In this document: positions 59,462-64,000 of the stretch, piece after piece
How the letters are laid out: every line of letters starts with the position of its first letter
Numbering within the stretch: the stretch's first letter is position 1
Source of the DNA: Spirulina sp.
GTDB taxonomy: Bacteria; Cyanobacteriota; Cyanobacteriia; Phormidesmidales; Phormidesmidaceae
DNA: 64,000 nt
Assembly (NCBI GenBank): GCA_044070495.1
Contig: JBIPSI010000018.1
Location: forward strand, 48,120-112,119
Reading direction: 5' to 3'
Notes under the pieces: model-generated
The model's database searches: none
Seen by the model: the letters and a program-made list of their open reading frames with translations, nothing else
Told to the model about the DNA's origin: nothing
Position numbers and translations under genes: made by a program

Positions 59462-60481
59462 ATGTCCCCCCTAAATTCTCCCTCTCCTCCGCCCCGAGTG
59501 CTCGTGGTGGATGACCATGCCCCCAGTCGGATGACAGCGGTGGCCTTGTTATCCGTCGATGGCTATCAGGTGGAGCAGGCCGATTGTGGCCACAGCGCCC
59601 TGAGTCGCGTCGCCTACCATCCCCCTGACCTAATTGTGCTGGATGTGATGATGCCGGGAATTGACGGCTACGAAGTCTGTCGGCGGCTGAAGCGCAGTGA
59701 TGCGACCCGACTGATTCCGATTATTTTTGTCACCGCCCTAGAGGATCGAGAAGCCCGACTCAAGGGGATCGAAGCCGGTGGCGATGACTTTATTACCAAA
59801 CCCTTCGATGCCCTAGAACTCTCGGCGCGGGCCAGATCGCTAATTCACCAAAAGCGCCTGAACGAAGACCTCGATCATGCGGAAAAGGTGCTGTTCTCCA
59901 TTGCCCGCACCATCGAAAGCCGCGACCCCAACACTGGCGATCACTGTGATCGATTGGTGAGCCTCGCCCAGGAGTTTGGTCAATACCTGAATCTGCCGCC
60001 CCAGCCCCTGCGAAATTTAGCCTGGGCGGGGTACCTCCATGACATCGGTAAGGTGGGTATTCCCGATGCCATTCTGCTCAAAACTGGCCCCCTCTCCCCA
60101 GCGGAACGATCCATCATGGAGCAGCATGTGGTGATTGGGGAATCGATCTGCCAACCCCTGCACACCATGCGCGGCGTTGTCCCTATCATTCGCCACCACC
60201 ACGAACGCTGGAATGGCAGCGGCTATCCCGATGGCCTAGTGGGAGAGGCGATTCCTCGACTGGCCCAAATTTTTCAGGTGATTGATATCTTTGATGCCCT
60301 TACCCATGCCCGTCCCTATAAACCGGCCTTTTCCGTGGAAGAATCCCTGGCGATCTTGGCCCAAGAGGTGAACGCTGGCTGGCGCGATCCCCTCCTCGTC
60401 GATCAGTTTGCGGCCTTCCTAGGGCAACGTCCCGTCCGGTTTACCCTAGAACCTGATCGCCCATCGATGCTTAGGAGGTGA
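59462..60481 (+). CDS. REC plus HD-GYP response regulator (RpfG-like c-di-GMP phosphodiesterase)
   Basis: VVDD, LDVMMP, TKP; T..H..R, LHDIGKVGIPD, HHHERWNGSGYP, RPYK. Confidence 0.92.
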   Translation: MSPLNSPSPPPRVLVVDDHAPSRMTAVALLSVDGYQVEQADCGHSALSRVAYHPPDLIVLDVMMPGIDGYEVCRRLKRSDATRLIPIIFVTALEDREARLKGIEAGGDDFITKPFDALELSARARSLIHQKRLNEDLDHAEKVLFSIARTIESRDPNTGDHCDRLVSLAQEFGQYLNLPPQPLRNLAWAGYLHDIGKVGIPDAILLKTGPLSPAERSIMEQHVVIGESICQPLHTMRGVVPIIRHHHERWNGSGYPDGLVGEAIPRLAQIFQVIDIFDALTHARPYKPAFSVEESLAILAQEVNAGWRDPLLVDQFAAFLGQRPVRFTLEPDRPSMLRR

Positions 60482-60694
60482 AGGGGTTGCCCGCATCGCC
60501 CATCAGAGGGGTCGCCATAGCCTTCACTTCATTGTGAACAAGCGCTAAACTCAATGGGCTAGGCGTTGCGGATGGGCGACGACAATGCCAGACTCGTTGC
60601 CATGGGGATAAGTCGTCTACCTCAAGTCAGCGGCCAAGATATCGAAGGCCGAGATCAATCATGAGCGTATTTTTGTCCCTAAGACCTTACTGCT

Positions 60695-61636
60695 ATGGAT
60701 ACTCAATCTAAAATTTACGTGGCGGGTTCCCGTGGGCTAGTTGGCAGCGCCATGGTGCGCACCCTTCAGGCCCAGGGCTACCACAACCTAGTCTTGCCCA
60801 CCAGCCAAGATTTGGATTTGCGGAACCAGGCCGCCGTCGATGCCTTTTTTGCCCAAACACAGCCGGAATACGTCTTCCTGGCCGCCGCTAAGGTGGGTGG
60901 CATTCAGGCCAACAACACCTACCGAGCTGAGTTTCTGTACGATAATTTGATGATTGAGGCCAACATCATCCACAGCGCCTACCGCCATGGGGCAAAAAAG
61001 CTGCTGTTTTTGGGATCCTCCTGCATCTATCCCAAGCTGTGCCCCCAGCCGATGAAGGAAGACTACCTGCTGACGGGCTTTTTAGAACCCACGAACGAAC
61101 CCTACGCCATCGCCAAAATTGCCGGACTGAAGCTCTGCGAAAACTATAGCCGCCAATACGGCGTGAACTTTATTTCGGCGATGCCCACCAACCTCTATGG
61201 CATCAACGACAACTTTAACCTGGCGAACTCCCACGTGCTGCCCGCCCTGATGCGGAAGTTCCACGAGGCCAAGCTTGAGAATCAGCCCACGGTAACGGTA
61301 TGGGGCACGGGCACCCCCTTGCGCGAATTTCTCTACGTAGACGATCTGGCCGATGCCCTGGTGTTTTTGATGAACACCTACAACCAGGTGGACTTTGTCA
61401 ACGTGGGCACCGGCCAAGAGGTGTCTATCAAAGAACTGGCCCTCACCCTCAAAGCCGTGGTGGGCTATGAGGGCGACCTCGTGTTTGACACCACTAAACC
61501 CGATGGTACCCCCCGCAAGCTGCTGGATGTCTCTCGCCTAGAGGCCGCAGGCTGGCAGGCCAAAACTGACCTCAAAACGGGCATCGAACAAACCTACGCC
61601 TGGTTTGTCAGCCACTACGACACCCTGCGTCGATAG
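60695..61636 (+). CDS. fcl: GDP-L-fucose synthase
   Basis: [70 protein letters not shown]. Confidence 0.95.
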   Translation: MDTQSKIYVAGSRGLVGSAMVRTLQAQGYHNLVLPTSQDLDLRNQAAVDAFFAQTQPEYVFLAAAKVGGIQANNTYRAEFLYDNLMIEANIIHSAYRHGAKKLLFLGSSCIYPKLCPQPMKEDYLLTGFLEPTNEPYAIAKIAGLKLCENYSRQYGVNFISAMPTNLYGINDNFNLANSHVLPALMRKFHEAKLENQPTVTVWGTGTPLREFLYVDDLADALVFLMNTYNQVDFVNVGTGQEVSIKELALTLKAVVGYEGDLVFDTTKPDGTPRKLLDVSRLEAAGWQAKTDLKTGIEQTYAWFVSHYDTLRR

Positions 61637-61669
61637 GCGCATAGACTACGCAAGATTGGGCTGGCCTAC

Positions 61670-62182
61670 TTAATACTGCATCAGGGTGGTAATGGGAATG
61701 TCGGGCAATTTGGCGCGGCCCTCTAGGGCAAGGAGTTCAATCACAAAGCCAAAGCCCACCACGGTACTGCCCACCTTTTCCACCAGGTCATAGGTGGCGG
61801 CGGCGGTTCCCCCCGTGGCAATCAGATCGTCTACAACCAAGATGCGGCTGCCCGTTGGAAAGGCATCCTGGTGCAGTTCTAGGGAGTCGCTGCCATACTC
61901 CAAATCGTAGGAGGCGGAGTGAACCGCCGCCGGAAGCTTGCCCGGTTTTCGCACGGGGGCAAAGCCAACCCCCAGCTTATAGGCCAAGGGCATCCCAAAG
62001 ATAAACCCCCGGGACTCGATGCCCACGATGTAGTCAGGCTGGTAGTTGGAAACCTGCTCTGCAAAGGCATCAATGCTGTACTGCAAAGCTTCGGGATTCG
62101 ACAGCAGCGGAGTGATATCGCGAAACAAAATACCCGGCTTAGGAAAGTCTGGGATATCACGAACGTGGGATTTCAAATCCAT
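61670..62182 (-). CDS. apt: Adenine phosphoribosyltransferase
   Basis: [41 protein letters not shown]. Confidence 0.97.
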   Translation of the reverse strand: MDLKSHVRDIPDFPKPGILFRDITPLLSNPEALQYSIDAFAEQVSNYQPDYIVGIESRGFIFGMPLAYKLGVGFAPVRKPGKLPAAVHSASYDLEYGSDSLELHQDAFPTGSRILVVDDLIATGGTAAATYDLVEKVGSTVVGFGFVIELLALEGRAKLPDIPITTLMQY

Positions 62183-62290
62183 GGCGGCAAAGGGCAAAGA
62201 CCGTTGCTATGCTATCACCGCCCTGGCCTAGATCAAGCCTGGACACCAAGACGAACCCAGGGAGGAACCGTCCTGGTGTCTGAGCACACC

Positions 62291-63667
62291 CTACTGAGGC
62301 AGGGCTAGGGCTGGATCCGCCACCTTGCGAGTAATTCTCGCGCCGAGACCGCGCAGTTTTCCTTCGAGGTTGTCGTAGCCCCGATCCAGGTGTTGCAGCC
62401 CTTGGATAACCGTGGTGCCCTCGGCAGCTAGCCCCGCCAGGACTAAAGCCGCCGATGCCCGCAAATCCGTGGCCAACACCGGGGCACCCGACAGGCGGTG
62501 AACCCCCTTGATGATGGCGCAGTTGCCGTTGAGGCGAATATCGGCCCCCATGCGGTTTAGCTCGGCCACATGGCGAAGACGATTTTCAAACACCGTCTCG
62601 GTAATCAGGCTGTTGCCGTCGCACAGAGCCATCAGCGCCATAAACTGAGCCTGCATATCCGTGGGAAACCCAGGGAACGGCCCGGTTTGAATATCCACCG
62701 GGGCAATCACGTCCCCAGGAATGTAGCGCACCCGGCTAGGGCCATCGACCACCACCTGGCCGCCTACCTCGTGCAGTTTGGCAATCACGGCGGTTAGGTG
62801 CTCAGGAATCACCGGAGACAGGCTGATTTCCGAGCGGGTAATGGCGGCGGCCACCAGGAAGGTACCCGCTTCGATGCGGTCGGGGATAATGCCGTAGTCG
62901 GTGGTGTGGAGGCTGGGTACGCCCACAATGGTGATGGTGTTGGTGCCTGCGCCCCGAATTTTGGCCCCCATGGCCCGACAGAAGTTGGCTAAGTCCGTCA
63001 CCTCTGGCTCTTGGGCCGCGTTTTCGATGATGGTTTCCCCATCGGCCAGGGTCGCCGCCATCATCAGGGTTTCGGTGGCCCCCACACTGGGGTAATCCAG
63101 GTAAATTTTGGCCCCCTTCAGGCGCTTGCCGCTGCCGGGGATGTAGGCATTCACTGTGCCGTGGTCAATATGCACATCGGCCCCCATCGCTTGAAGACCC
63201 CGCACATGGAGTTCCACCGGACGGGCACCAATGGCACAACCACCGGGCAGGGGCACCCTGGCCACCCCCATCCGGGCAAGCAGAGGCCCAATAACAAAAA
63301 AGCTGGCCCGCAGACGGCTGACCAGATCGTAGGGGGCTTTGGTTGAGGAAATTGAACTAGGGTTAATGTCGAGGGCGTCGCCGTCTCGGTGGATGGAAAC
63401 GCCAAGGGCCGTCAACACCTCACCCATGCGTTCAATATCCACCAAGTTGGGGATGTTGCGGAGGCGGCAGGGTTGGGAACAGAGCAGCGTTCCGGCCATC
63501 ACCACCAGGGCCGAATTTTTGGCTCCGCTAATGGTGACATGCCCAGAGAGAGGTGTACTGCCCGCGATCTCCAGCACGGCGTTGTCGGCCTCTGCGGTGG
63601 CTAGGGGGTTGGATAATCCAAGAGAAGTAACGATAGCGGTATCCTCCACGGCGCTTAACTCTATCAT
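62291..63667 (-). CDS. murA: UDP-N-acetylglucosamine 1-carboxyvinyltransferase
   Basis: [57 protein letters not shown]; exact start uncertain. Confidence 0.97.
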   Translation of the reverse strand: MIELSAVEDTAIVTSLGLSNPLATAEADNAVLEIAGSTPLSGHVTISGAKNSALVVMAGTLLCSQPCRLRNIPNLVDIERMGEVLTALGVSIHRDGDALDINPSSISSTKAPYDLVSRLRASFFVIGPLLARMGVARVPLPGGCAIGARPVELHVRGLQAMGADVHIDHGTVNAYIPGSGKRLKGAKIYLDYPSVGATETLMMAATLADGETIIENAAQEPEVTDLANFCRAMGAKIRGAGTNTITIVGVPSLHTTDYGIIPDRIEAGTFLVAAAITRSEISLSPVIPEHLTAVIAKLHEVGGQVVVDGPSRVRYIPGDVIAPVDIQTGPFPGFPTDMQAQFMALMALCDGNSLITETVFENRLRHVAELNRMGADIRLNGNCAIIKGVHRLSGAPVLATDLRASAALVLAGLAAEGTTVIQGLQHLDRGYDNLEGKLRGLGARITRKVADPALALPQ

Positions 63668-63799
63668 TTCCCGAATTTTCGTCTAAATTTTACCCGAAAT
63701 CTTTTTTTTGACTAGGGGGGGAATCAAAACCAGATGAGATGCACAAGGCCACATCAGAATAGCCGATTCCTTCAAATAACGAAATCTTTTTTGTAGGGG

Positions 63800-63828
63800 T
63801 TGACTCTAGAACAAACCTAGGGCATAGT
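63800..63828 (+). promoter_or_regulatory. Sigma70-type promoter of the tRNA gene
   Basis: TTGACT-N17-CATAGT about 30 bp upstream of the tRNA. Confidence 0.6.
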
Positions 63829-63860
63829 TGTAAATCGCGACGCAAATGCGACGCAGCCGC

Positions 63861-63944
63861 GCGGAACTGGCGGAATTGGTAGACGCGCTAGGTTCAGGTC
63901 CTAGTGTTAGCAATAACATCCGGGTTCAAGTCCCGGGTTCCGCA
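63861..63944 (+). tRNA. tRNA-Leu (anticodon CAG)
   Basis: Acceptor stem GCGGAAC/GTTCCGC; D-loop GGAATTGGTAGAC; anticodon arm CTAGG-TTCAGGT-CCTAG; long variable arm; GGTTCAAGTCC; CCA not encoded. Confidence 0.95.
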
Positions 63945-64000
63945 TTCAAACCAGGTCGTTTTTGTAACGAACCGTCTGACCGAGAAGGTCGATCCTAGCG

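Noticed and set aside
63861..64000. tRNA-anchored genomic island
   Set aside because: No integrase or duplicated tRNA 3' end is visible; the window ends 56 bp after the tRNA

Overview
This is 64 kb of chromosomal DNA from a GC-rich cyanobacterium. The markers are sbtAB, gifA, chlM, flv3, xisHI, TIGR02652 and NtcA boxes; the style suggests a filamentous Leptolyngbya/Nodosilinea-like organism, which is inference only. The flanks hold housekeeping and C/N-acquisition genes: aminotransferase, sbtA-sbtB, amt, purE, chlM, ltaE, gamma-CA-like, an ABC substrate-binding protein, gifA, a CHASE4 cyclase, MFS, yqeK-rsfS, GT2, xisH-xisI, flv3, MnmC-like, REC-HD-GYP, fcl, apt, murA and tRNA-Leu(CAG). The centre (about 27.5-52.2 kb) is a self-contained, apparently uncharacterised cell-envelope signalling locus. 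It encodes two TpsA-like beta-helix proteins with one TpsB pore, an exported TPR-CHAT protease with an intact His/Cys dyad, an exported DUF928 protein, and two paralogous CHASE2 sensors (one a NarX-type kinase, one a class III cyclase). It also encodes a His-less pseudokinase, a NarL-type regulator and two extremely acidic candidate outputs (a C39-like cysteine peptidase and an RTX protein), and carries a shared palindrome TTGCAG-AAAA-(C/G)TGCAA in two of its promoters. Other signals are an apparent absence of CGATCG/HIP1 with abundant CCTAG/CTAGG, several REP/MITE-like repeat families (one inserted in frame in a gene), recurring 14-bp tandem duplications, a probable CTG start for yqeK and a frameshifted xisH. 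All calls come from reading motifs by eye; no database search was run.
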